Origin: an uncultured delta proteobacterium
GTDB taxonomy: Bacteria > Desulfobacterota > Binatia > UBA9968
Length of the DNA stretch: 64,000 bases
Reading direction: 5' to 3'
Assembly (NCBI GenBank): GCA_963804165.1
Contig: CAWDPO010000035.1
Location: 96,001 to 160,000, forward strand
The notes under the pieces are model-generated. The model ran no database searches and had not been told where the DNA came from. It was given only the letters and a program-made list of their open reading frames with translations. The translations under genes and the position numbers were made by a program. Shown piece after piece: positions 22,325-32,057 of this stretch. Position 1 is the first letter of the stretch, and each line of letters starts with the position of its first letter.

Positions 22325-22783
22325 ATGATTGAAATCGCGAAAGGAAATCTGCTCGAAGCGCCGGTCGACGCTCTCGTAAACACAGTCAATACCCGGGGGA
22401 TCATGGGAAAGGGCATCGCTCTGCAATTTAAACAGGCGTTCCCGGCAATGTTCCGGGATTACGAAAAGGCTTGCAAGGCGAGTGAAGTGCGGCTCGGGAA
22501 AATGCATGTCTATGATCTCGGTGGCTTAGCGGACGGGCCGCACTGGATCATCAATTTTCCAACCAAGGGGCATTGGCGTGACCGGAGCCGATTGACTGAC
22601 ATCGAAACGGGTTTGGAAGATCTAGTTGCTACGATTCTTCGCATGGAGATTCGGTCGATTGCGATACCCCCATTGGGTTGCGGCAATGGAGGTTTGAATT
22701 GGCGCGATGTGCGTCCGCGCATTGAGACGGCCTTTGCCAACTTACCTGAAGTAAGCGTACTTTTGTTCGAACCGGACAAGTAG
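22325..22783 (+). CDS. Stand-alone macrodomain protein (DarG/TARG1-like)
   Basis: GNLLEAPVDALVNTVNTRGIMGKGIALQFK, IINFPTKGHW, SIAIPPLGCGNGGLNW; ends at LLFEP with no DarG C-terminal domain. Confidence 0.88.
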   Translation: MIEIAKGNLLEAPVDALVNTVNTRGIMGKGIALQFKQAFPAMFRDYEKACKASEVRLGKMHVYDLGGLADGPHWIINFPTKGHWRDRSRLTDIETGLEDLVATILRMEIRSIAIPPLGCGNGGLNWRDVRPRIETAFANLPEVSVLLFEPDK

Positions 22784-22851
22784 ATCCCATCGCTCAATTC
22801 CCTTACCAGACAAGCGTATAAACGAAAGGGTATAACTCGTCGCTCTCGTTT

Positions 22852-23318
22852 ATGAGCCCAAGCGACTACACCGAAGAGCTTCTTGTCGAACAGCCAGCGA
22901 TCGAACTCTTCGATGAGCTAGGTTGGGCGACGGTCTCAGCAACGGAGGAATCCTTTGGTGCGACTGGCACGCTCGGGCGTGAAACCAAATCGGAAGTCGT
23001 TATCGTCCCGAGCCTGCGCGCGGCGCTGGAGCGGTTGAATCCGGCGCTGCCTACCGACGCAATCAATTCTGCTATCGATGAGCTTGCACGCGACCGGTCG
23101 GCGATGAGTCTCGCTGCGGCGAACCGAGACAGTTGGGATTTGTTGCGAGACGGCGTCACGGTCTCGGTCGCTGATCAGCGAGCGCGGCGGGCTGAAGACC
23201 GAGCGGGTGCGGGTCATCGATTGGGAGAATCCGCAGGCGAACGACTTTTTGCTCGTGAGTCAGATGACGATCACGGGTGAGCTTTATACTTGCCGGCCGA
23301 TTTTGTTAACGAACTGCA
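22852..23318 (+). pseudogene. hsdR: hsdR 5' fragment, copy 1
   Basis: MSPSDYTEELLVEQPA...RETKSEVV...VIDWENPQANDFLLVSQ; colinear with 24850-25320 then stops. Confidence 0.85.
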
Positions 23319-23373
23319 CCGCCTTCATCAGGGATTAGGTCGCGCTGGCATAGGGCGAAAAGCTACGGAAATG

Positions 23374-23432
23374 CATGTTCACAGAAACATGTATGTTCAC
23401 GTAAGCGTGAACTTAGCGTATTGCATGAACAT
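23374..23432. repeat. Cluster of ATGTTC/GAACAT-type inverted repeats
   Basis: CATGTT-cacaga-AACATG; GTTCACG-taag-CGTGAAC; an extra GAACAT. Confidence 0.5.
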
Positions 23433-23531
23433 AAAGAACTTGTCAGCAGCAGGGTGGAGAAGGCTTTGCGCCAAGCCAGACACGGATACTCAGGCCATGC
23501 ATGCGCGCGGGCCAATTATAACTGACGAATC

Positions 23532-23765
23532 AGTCCGGAAGGCTATACAGAAGACTGGCTTGTCGAGCAACTCGCGGTGGAACTGTTTCAAGCGCTCGGT
23601 TGGACGGCGGTGTCGGCGTCAGAAGAAATTTTCGGCTTTGCCGAACCCTCACCCCAGCCCTCTCCCCAGTGGGCGAGGGGGTTGGTTGCGACGGGAAACG
23701 AAATCAGAGGTTGTGCTTGTTCCGAAACTCCGGGCGGCGCTGGAGCGGTTGAATCCGGCGCTTTC
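23532..23765 (+). pseudogene. hsdR: hsdR 5' fragment, copy 2, with a palindromic insertion
   Basis: SPEGYTEDWLVEQLAVELF...RETKSEVVLVPKLRAALERLNPAL; start codon lost. Confidence 0.8.
23646..23681. repeat. CCCTCACCC..CCCTCTCCC..GGGCGAGGG palindromic element inside coding sequence
   Basis: ccctcaccccagccctctccccagtgggcgaggggg; absent from the other two hsdR copies. Confidence 0.75.
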
Positions 23766-23803
23766 TGTGGATTTTATGCCATGTCGAATTTGTCGATGAT
23801 CAG

Positions 23804-24843
23804 ATGAACAAGAGTTCGAAAACCTCCCGAATCGCCCTGCCCTCTGGCTACGCGCCTTTGCTGGCCGATCTGAAGGCGCGCGTGCGGGCGGCTCAGGTGC
23901 GGGCGGTATTGTCGGTCAATCGGGAGATGGTGCTGCTCTATTGGAATATCGGTCGGGAAATCTTGCGCTGCCAGCGCGACGAAGGGCTGGGGAGCGAAGG
24001 TGGTCGAGCGGTTGGCCAGGGATCTGCGGTCGGAGTTTCCAGAAATCGAAGGCTTTTCGCCGCGCAATCTTAAATATATGCGGGCGTTCGCGGCAGCCTA
24101 TATCGGAGAATGAATTGTGCCAACAGGTTGTTGCACAAATTCCCTGGGGACATAACGTGTTGCTGCTGAACAAGCTAAAGCAGCCGGAACTCCGTGAATG
24201 GTATGCAAGGAAGACGCTGGAGCATGGCTGGAGCAGGGCCGTGCTCACGGCCCAGATACAAACTAGAGCACACGGGCGGCAAGGCAAGGCCCTAACCAAT
24301 TTTCAACAAACCTTGCTTCCACCGCAGTCCGATCTTGCCCAGCAGGCGCTCAAGGACCCGTACACGTTCGATTTTCTAACGCTGTCCGCCGACGCGCGCG
24401 AGCGAGAGTTGGAACAGGGACTCGTCGAGCATATTCAGAAATTTCTCCTTGAATTGGGCGTCGGGTTTGCCTTTGTCGGTAGGCAGGTGCATCTGGAAGT
24501 CGGCGGAGAGGATTACTATCTGGATCTGCTCTTCTATCATCTGAGGCTTCGTTGCTATGTCGTGATCGACTTGAAAATGGAGCCCTTCAAACCCGAATTT
24601 GCCGGGAAGATGAACTTCTATCTGTCCGCTGTCGACGACAGGATGCGCAACCCGCAGGATCAGCCGACGATTGGACTGCTGCTGTGTCGAGATAAAAATC
24701 GCATCACGGTCGAATACGCTTTGCGGCAGATGTCCAAGCCGATCGGCGTCGCTCAATGGCGCACTCGACTGGTCGAATCGCTGCCAAAAAAGTTGAAGGG
24801 TGCGTTGCCCTCGGTAACGGAGCTGGAAAAAGAGCTCAGTTAA
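23804..24843 (+). CDS. yhcG: YhcG/DUF1016 PD-(D/E)XK nuclease-domain protein (one frameshift near 23985)
   Basis: VNREMVLLYWNIG, IPWGHN, KDPYTFDFL, LLELGVGFAFVGRQ, DLLFYHLRLRCYVVIDLK. Confidence 0.9.
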
Positions 24844-24849
24844 TTTGCC

Positions 24850-27800
24850 ATGAGTCCGGAAGGCTATACCGAAGACCAGCTTGTCGAACGGCCCGCGACG
24901 GAACTCTTCGCGGAGCTGGCTTGGCAAACCATCTCGGCAAACGAGGAAACCTTCGGGGCGACGGGGACTCTTGGACGTGAAACGAAATCGGAAGTTGTCC
25001 TCATCCCAAAACTCCGCGCTGCGCTGGAGCGTTTGAATCCAGCGCTGCCTGCCGAAGCGATCAATTCCGCTGTCGATGAGCTTGCACGCGACCGATCGGC
25101 GATGAGTCTCGCTGCGGCGAATCGAGACGTTTGGGATCTGCTGCGAGATGGCGTTACGGTCTCGGTCGCTGATCAGCGAGCGCGGCGGGCAAAAGACAGA
25201 GCGGGTGCGGGTTATCGATTGGGAAAATCCGCGGGCGAACGACTTTCTGCTCGTGAGCCAGATGACGATCACTGGCGAGCTTTATACTTGCCGGCCTGAT
25301 CTGATCGGTTTCGTCAACGGGCTGCCGTTGTAGTCATTGAGCTCAAAAAGCCCGGTGTTCCGGCCGAGCAAGCGTTCGATGAAAATCTCACCAGCTACAA
25401 ACATCTGCAGAATGGTATTCCCGCGCTGTTTTGGTACAACGCGCTCCTGATCGCTTCGAACGGAGCGGACAGCCGGGTCGGTTCGCTGACGGCGGACTGG
25501 GATCGTTTCACGGAGTGGAAGCGGATCGAGCGCGAGGATGAGCCGCGGCGGGTATCGCTGGAAGTGATGCTGCGGGGTTTGTGCGAGCCGGCGAGGTTGT
25601 TGGATTTCGTCGAGAATTTCACACTCTTTTCCTGGCACAAGAGCGGGTCTGGTTAAAGCCATTGCGCAAAACCACCAGTACCTGGGTGTGAACAACGCGA
25701 TCCGGGCGACGCGGCGGCGCGAGCGGCGGGGCATGGGCGCGGCGGTGTCTTCTGGCAGACCCAAGGATCGGGAAAAAGCTTCGCGATGGTTTTCTTTGCG
25801 CAGAAGATCCTGCGCAAGGTGCCGGGCAATTGGACGTTTGTCATCGTGACGGATCGGGTGGAGCTGGACGAGCAGATCGCGAAAACGTTCGCGGCCTGCG
25901 GTGCGGTGAGCGACGCGAACGAGTGTCACGCCGAGACTGGCGCCGAATTACGAGAGCTGCTGGCGGGGAATAACCGCTACGTGTTCACGCTGATTCACAA
26001 GTTCCAGACGCCGGAGCTGCTCTGCGACCGGCGCGACGTGATCGTGCTGACCGATGAGGCGCATCGCACGCAGTACGATACGCTGGCGCTCAACATGCGC
26101 TCGGCATTGCCTAATGCGCTATTTCTGGCTTTCACCGGGACGCCGCTGATCGCCGGAGAAGAGCGCACGCGCGAGGTCTTCGGCGATTACGTTTCGATCT
26201 ATGACTTCCAGCAATCGGTGGAGGACGGCGCGACGGTGCCGCTCTTCTACGAGAACCGCACGCCGGAGCTGCATCTCGATAACCCCAATCTCAACGATGA
26301 TATCTACGAGCTGATCGAAGAAGCCGACTTGTCGGAAGAAGCGGAGAAACGGCTGGAGCGCGAGCTGGGGCGGCAGTATCACCTGATCACGCGCGACGAC
26401 CGGCTGGAGACCGTCGCCAAAGATTTGGTGCGCCATTTTCTCGGGCGCGGCTTTCAAGGCAAGGCGATGGTGGTGTCCATCGACAAGCCGACCGCCTACC
26501 GCATGTACGACAAAGTCCAGAAGTTCTGGAAGGACGAGCGCGAGCGGGTGGAGATGGCGCTCATGCGTGAAAGGCCGTCGGATGAGGAACGGGCCGAGCT
26601 TGAGGAGCGGCTGAACGTTCTCAAAACCACCGACATGGCGGTCGTGGTGTCGCCGGGACAAAACGAGGTCGAGGATCTGAAGGCGATCGGCATCGACGTC
26701 GTGCCGCACCGAAAGCGCATGAATGCGGAAAAGCTCGATGAGAAGTTTAAAGATCCGGACGACCCATTTCGCCTGGTATTCGTCTGCGCCATGTGGCTGA
26801 CGGGGTTCGATGCGCCGAGCTGTTCGACGATCTATCTCGACAAGCCCATGCGCAACCACACGCTGATGCAAACCATCGCCCGCGCTAACCGCGTCTATCC
26901 CGGCAAGCAGAGCGGCTTGATCGTCGACTACGCCAACGTGTTTGCGTCGCTGGAAAAGGCGCTGGCGATTTACGGCAAAGGGCGGGGCGGCGAGACACCG
27001 TTACGCGACAAAAAGGAACTGGCGGAACAGTTGCGATTAGCTGTTAACGACGCGACGGCATTCTGCCAACTGCACGGCATCGACCTAGGGAAGATCGAGG
27101 CGACTTCGACTGCCAACTTCGCTCGCGTCGGCGCGATCCAGGACGCGGCGGACAAGCTCATGGCGCCGGAAAATGTGCGACGCGACTTCTTGAGCAAAGC
27201 CGGTTTGGTCGGCGCGCTGTATCGAGCGGTAAAGCCTGATCCGGCGGCGCTCGAGTTGGCACAGCGGTGCGGCTGTATCCTGGCGATCGCCGAGAGGATT
27301 CGCACGACCACCGACCCGCCGGATATCTCCCATGTCATGCAAGGCATTGAAGAGTTGCTCGATGAGTCCATTGCCGCTGTGCCGTTTACGATCGGGGAGA
27401 AGAAAGGCGGCTATTTTGATCTTTCGAAGATCGACTTCGAGGCGCTGAGAAAGAAGTTCGACAAGAACAAACCCACGAACACCGATCTGGAACGCTTGAA
27501 GGCTGCGGTGCGCGCGCAACTGGAGCGCATGGTGCGGCTGAATCGCACCCGCGCCGACTACCTGGAAAAGTTTCAGGAGCTGATCGAAAGCTACAACGCC
27601 GGCAGCCGCAACATCGAGGAGATATTCAAAGAGCTGCTCGATCTCTCCGGCATTTTGACGAAAGAGCAAACCCGCCATGTGCGCGAGAACCTGAGCGAAG
27701 AAGAGCTGACGATCTTCGATATCCTCACGCGGCCCGGGCCGGACCTGAGCGCTCAAGAGCGCGACGAGGTAAAGAAAGTCGCCAGTCAACTGTTGGAGCG

Positions 27801-28005
27801 GTTGAAAGAGCTGTTAGTCATCGGTTGGCGGCAAAGAGTCGGCAGCCGCGCGCGCGTGCGCCTGGCCATCGAAGATGCGCTAGACGACGGCTTGCCGCGT
27901 GCTTACTCGAAAGAGCTTTACGCAACCAAGTGCTCGGCAGTTTTTGAGCATGTCTATGAGAGTTATCAAGGTGAGGGGAAGAGCGTGTATTCGGAGAGAG
28001 CGTAG
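24850..28005 (+). CDS. hsdR: Type I restriction endonuclease subunit R (5' part frameshifted)
   Basis: PDLIGFVNGLPL..IELK nuclease motif; TQGSGKS; DEAH; FTGTP; MWLTGFDAP; QTIARANR. Confidence 0.92.
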
Positions 28006-28388
28006 GTATGAATCCGGACGTGACTAAACTCCGAGCAGTTCTGTCTGGTGAAAGAGTTGGATCGATCAGACGTTGCAGATTCGCGGAACGGCCAGAAAAT
28101 ATTTCTGAAGAGCAACGATGAGTTGATGGCACACAAGAAAGACTGAGATGTGTCGTCGTGTCGATCTCCCTTTGCTGCTGCCGAAGGCGGAGCTTGAAAC
28201 GAATCGGTGGTGACGAAGGCGATCGCGGCTAACAAGGCGCAGGTGGGGTTGAAAGATGCGCGGGGATTTGATTCCGAATCAAGGCGGGTTGATCAGCGCG
28301 ATAGTTTTGCAGGAAGCCAAGCTGTCGTCCGAGATCGAGAATGTTGTGACGACGAATGATGAACTTTACCGGGCATCCCTGCGGTCAC

Positions 28389-28478
28389 ATGTTCGCAAAA
28401 CGAACATATTGTAGGAATATGTCGAAAAAAACCGGTTTTTTGGACATATCCCGGAAACATGTCCAAGACGTGGACATG
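28389..28478. repeat. Three tandem inverted repeats with ATGT(T/C)C half-sites
   Basis: ATGTTCG-caaaa-CGAACAT; ATATGTCG-A7-CCGG-T6-GGACATAT; CATGTCCA-agacg-TGGACATG. Confidence 0.7.
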
Positions 28479-28710
28479 GTTTTTGAGCATGCGGGATTTT
28501 TCGTTGTGGCGCGATATTGAAATCGCGCCAGATAAAGCGGTTTTGGTGGCGCGATTCCGGTTATTGCGCCACATTGGACCGAGTTTTTCACTTAGCTCGG
28601 CTCGCGTATCCGGTAAGCTCGTTAATAGAACGATAGTAGGCAATGCGCTATAGTATTCGCCACGCTGATCGAGGATGCGCTATTCCGTTGAATAAGCGGG
28701 ACTTGAGATA

Positions 28711-29022
28711 ATGCAAATCGTCAAGTCCGTTGCTGGTGTTCCCATCCGGCTAACGCCGGAACGAACGGAACACGTTGAGGGGCGGCATCCCGAAATGAGT
28801 GACGAAGGAGAGAGGATTCTGGAGACGTTGTCATCGCCCGATTATGTTCAGGACGGCGACTCGGGGACGTTAATTGCGGTTAAGCATTATCCAAAAACTC
28901 CGCTCACGGAGAAATATTGCTGTGTGGTTTATCGTGAGCTGAGTGAAGACGATGGGTTTATTCTGACAGCTTATTTTGCGACCACACCGGCTGACTGGAG
29001 GAAGGTTATATGGAAGCGTTAA
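28711..29022 (+). CDS. Putative TA toxin (DUF4258/BECR-nuclease-like)
   Basis: IRLTPERTEHVEGRHPEM, ETLSSPD, CVVYREL, GFILTAY; overlaps the DUF2283-like gene. Confidence 0.7.
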   Translation: MQIVKSVAGVPIRLTPERTEHVEGRHPEMSDEGERILETLSSPDYVQDGDSGTLIAVKHYPKTPLTEKYCCVVYRELSEDDGFILTAYFATTPADWRKVIWKR

Positions 29023-29237
29023 AACTTTTTGACAAGAAGGGTGCTCCCTTGGACTGGGATTACGACGGCGATGCCGACACGCTCTATATTAGCTTCGGAA
29101 AACCAAAACCTGCGCTGGGTGTCGATGTGGGCGACGGTGTCATTGTTCGATACGACGAGAAGGCTCGCGAGGTGGTCGGGTTGACACTCATCGGCGTCGG
29201 AAAACGAATGGAAGAATACATTAAAAAGAACCCGTAA
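29010..29237 (+). CDS. DUF2283 family putative antitoxin
   Basis: YDGDADTLYISF, DVGDGVIVRYD, VVGLTLI. Confidence 0.85.
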   Translation: MEALKLFDKKGAPLDWDYDGDADTLYISFGKPKPALGVDVGDGVIVRYDEKAREVVGLTLIGVGKRMEEYIKKNP

Positions 29238-29352
29238 AGATTGAGGTCACAAAGATCCCAGTGCACGCGAGCTCGTTATAATGGCTGGCAATATTATATG
29301 CACAGCTCCGATGGATCGGGGTATCCAGCGCCAAGTGAAAAAAGCAGGACCG

Positions 29353-29541
29353 ATGCAGAATCTCACTTCAGAAATCGACCGGCTTTTTGCCGCGAAGCAA
29401 GAGCGTCGCCACAAGCTTGCAGCGCTGCCTTTCTCGGAAAAGGTTCGAGCTGTGGTTTGTCTCCAGGAGATGGCCGCTCCGGTATTGCGCGCGCGAGGTA
29501 GAACAGTGCGCGTGTGGACACTAGACAACCGTGTCACGTAG
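29353..29541 (+). CDS. Small hypothetical protein
   Basis: AGGA RBS; AKQERRHKLAALPFSEKV helical motif. Confidence 0.55.
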   Translation: MQNLTSEIDRLFAAKQERRHKLAALPFSEKVRAVVCLQEMAAPVLRARGRTVRVWTLDNRVT

Positions 29542-29544
29542 CTC

Positions 29545-29937
29545 ATGCCCTCGCCCGGCGAATACAAAACCGTCCAGTCTCGAATTTTAGCCTACGCACA
29601 AGAGATCGGTTGGTCCTTCGTCTCCCGCGATGAGGCTGAGCGACGGCGCGGCTTCGCCCCTCACCCTGACCCTCTCCCCGAGGACGGGGCGAGGGGAATT
29701 GCGGAAAGAGCACAGAAAGCCTCTGTATTCTTCGGCGACCTGCTGCATTCTCAAGTTCGCGCTTTCAATCCGAAATACAAAGAAGCCGAGGGAGCGCTCG
29801 TCGGTGAGTTCCAGCGGTTCCATTCGGACATCTACGGCAACCGCGAGTTCCTGACGGCGCTGCGCAATCAACACAAGTTTTTCAGCGTGGAAGACAATCG
29901 CGAGTTGGAGACTATGAGAAGCTGGATAAAAAGTTAA
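29545..29937 (+). pseudogene. hsdR: 5' fragment of a second, different type I R subunit
   Basis: MPSPGEYKTVQSRILAYAQEIGW...FNPKY...DIYGNREFL..LRN resembles HsdR N-termini; truncated at 130 aa. Confidence 0.7.
29657..29696. repeat. In-frame palindromic element encoding PHPDPLPEDGARG
   Basis: CCCTCTCCCCG-agga-CGGGGCGAGGG hairpin preceded by CCCCTCACCC. Confidence 0.75.
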
Positions 29938-30040
29938 AACGGCTCGCGCATCGCGGCGACTCGTAGGCTCGCCCTTTGCGCAGAAAGAGCTGGTAGGGGC
30001 ATTAACGCACTTCTGTTGTGTTGTTAATTCGCCGAGCGCT

Positions 30041-31933
30041 ATGAAAATAGACCTAAGAAAGCGATGGAAAGCGTTGGCCGAATTTCTATCGCCGTTCAAT
30101 CAGTACCCGTACCAGCCGGACGATGTAGAGCGACTATGCACCAGTGCTCAAACTACCTTTTACGTGAGCATCGTCTCTCAGGTTGCTGTGTTGGTTCTAA
30201 GCGTGACGGCATGGTTTCGCTTCGGTGCTGGCGCTCTCCCGCTCAACGTCGGAATATTCACATTGATACTGTTCTGTTTATGGGCCGACTGGCTATTTTC
30301 CCGTGAGATCAAGCGGCCCACGCCTGGCGCTGGCAGCGACTACGTCACCTGGTTGTTTTGGATAGGCATTTTAAGCGCAATGGGGTTTGGTTGCTTGATC
30401 ACCAAAGTGCTCTCGTACGTATCGCTCACCTTATCTCAACTCCTGTTAACCGTTCCTTTGTTCATAATCGCCGTGATCAGTTTTTTGGCGAAGAGCGTGA
30501 ACGTGATCCCCCGTCGAGAAGTTCAACCCATCGTCTGGTTTGGTATCTGGGCTGGGTTGGCGCTGAGTCCGTTGGCCGTGGGGTGGTTAGCAGCCTCAAT
30601 GGTCATGTCGCTCGTAAGAGATGATCGAGCAACTGTGCGATATTGGCTCGATACTCATACGGCCGGCACGCGCAAATGCGCTTCCTGGACCGTAAATGAA
30701 GAACCTGTACGGGTCGCCGTGATGCTATCTGGAGGCGGATACCGTGCGGCAGTCACGCACGCGGGTATTTTGGCAGCGCTCGATGAGCAATGCGTTCCCG
30801 TCGATTTGCTATCCTCGGTTTCAGGCGGCTCGATCATCGCCGCGGCTTACGTGCTCGGCGTTCCGCCGAGAGAGTTTGCCACTCGTCTCACGCGCCAGAA
30901 ACCGGAACTGCCTGACACTCTCCTCAATATCTTCAATGTGTTCAAATCGCCGTCAGAACTCTATGGCGAGCATTTCAAAGATCAGTACTTTGGCGATCGG
31001 ACTTTGGATAAGCTTCCTGAGTCTCCCGCACTCTTGGTGAATGTGACCAATTTATATACCACACCGGCCTTGGCGCGGGAGATCGTTTTCAAAGACGGGG
31101 CAAACGAAGCGCTCCAACGAAAGGTTCGCATCGCGGATGCCGTAGCCGCGTCCGGGGCGTTTCCCGGTGCCTTCCAGCCCGTCACATTGAGTTGGGAGAC
31201 CACCTACGCCGACAGACGTGTATTCGCCGATCATCACTTAGTCGACGGCGGTGTGGTTGAAAACCTCGGCATCGAGGGGCTGCGTCGCTATTTTCAAAAT
31301 ATGAGTTGGCTAGAATGGTATTGGCGACGACCCCATATTCTGGTCATCTCAGACGCCAGCGGTTACGCCGGCAGCGGCGAGCGCATGGTGATCAATCCAG
31401 CGGCGGACGAAACGCTCCTGCGCGCGGCTGACATTCAGTTCGACGTATTGCATCGTCTTCTCTATGGCGAGCTTACCGGCATGGACGACCTCTCATCTCG
31501 AATCGCTGAGACGGACGTATGGCGGCAGTATTACAGCATGGATTTTCCCTCTCGATTAGTTCCGCAGGGTCCCAAGCCGGGCACGCGGCTCAAGGTTGCT
31601 ACTGAGAAAGGTCGAGGAGAGGTGACTGTGACTCCACAGAAGTTAGCCACCGTTGTGATACCGACGACAGCCGAGGCAACTCGAAAACTGCTCGAGAAAT
31701 ATCCCTCATGTACCGGGCCACACGGGGAAAAGGCTGCCGACATTCAAACACGGGTCAGTTCGCTATCGACTCTGTACGAGCTAGAGCCAAAACAAGTTCA
31801 AGAGGCTTTTTGGCTGGGATACGCACTCGGTCAACTCTATGGGCAGGCAATCGAGTGCGCTAGACGCGAACTCGGAGATCGCTCGTGCGCGGCCGCGCCG
31901 GCCGTTCCATCACTTACATGTAAGGCGATGTGA
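30041..31933 (+). CDS. Patatin-like phospholipase with N-terminal multi-TM region
   Basis: About 5 TM segments; SGGGYRA, SVSGGS nucleophile, ASGAFPG, DGG. Confidence 0.88.
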   Translation: MKIDLRKRWKALAEFLSPFNQYPYQPDDVERLCTSAQTTFYVSIVSQVAVLVLSVTAWFRFGAGALPLNVGIFTLILFCLWADWLFSREIKRPTPGAGSDYVTWLFWIGILSAMGFGCLITKVLSYVSLTLSQLLLTVPLFIIAVISFLAKSVNVIPRREVQPIVWFGIWAGLALSPLAVGWLAASMVMSLVRDDRATVRYWLDTHTAGTRKCASWTVNEEPVRVAVMLSGGGYRAAVTHAGILAALDEQCVPVDLLSSVSGGSIIAAAYVLGVPPREFATRLTRQKPELPDTLLNIFNVFKSPSELYGEHFKDQYFGDRTLDKLPESPALLVNVTNLYTTPALAREIVFKDGANEALQRKVRIADAVAASGAFPGAFQPVTLSWETTYADRRVFADHHLVDGGVVENLGIEGLRRYFQNMSWLEWYWRRPHILVISDASGYAGSGERMVINPAADETLLRAADIQFDVLHRLLYGELTGMDDLSSRIAETDVWRQYYSMDFPSRLVPQGPKPGTRLKVATEKGRGEVTVTPQKLATVVIPTTAEATRKLLEKYPSCTGPHGEKAADIQTRVSSLSTLYELEPKQVQEAFWLGYALGQLYGQAIECARRELGDRSCAAAPAVPSLTCKAM

Positions 31934-32057
31934 GTCGGCAGGCGATGGAGGGGCGTTGGGTCATGTTACCTTCGTTACGTGCTCATATCCCCCAGCAAAG
32001 AGACAGAAAATTTTCCGCAGAGCAACGATAAGTTGCTCGCTTACAAGAGAGAATAGA

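Noticed and set aside
28005-28300. Integron attC site, tmRNA or small ORF (MCRRVDLP...) after hsdR
   Set aside because: No paired R''/R' boxes or integrase, and no tmRNA ends. The resemblance to the phosphatase N-terminus covers only about 8 codons.
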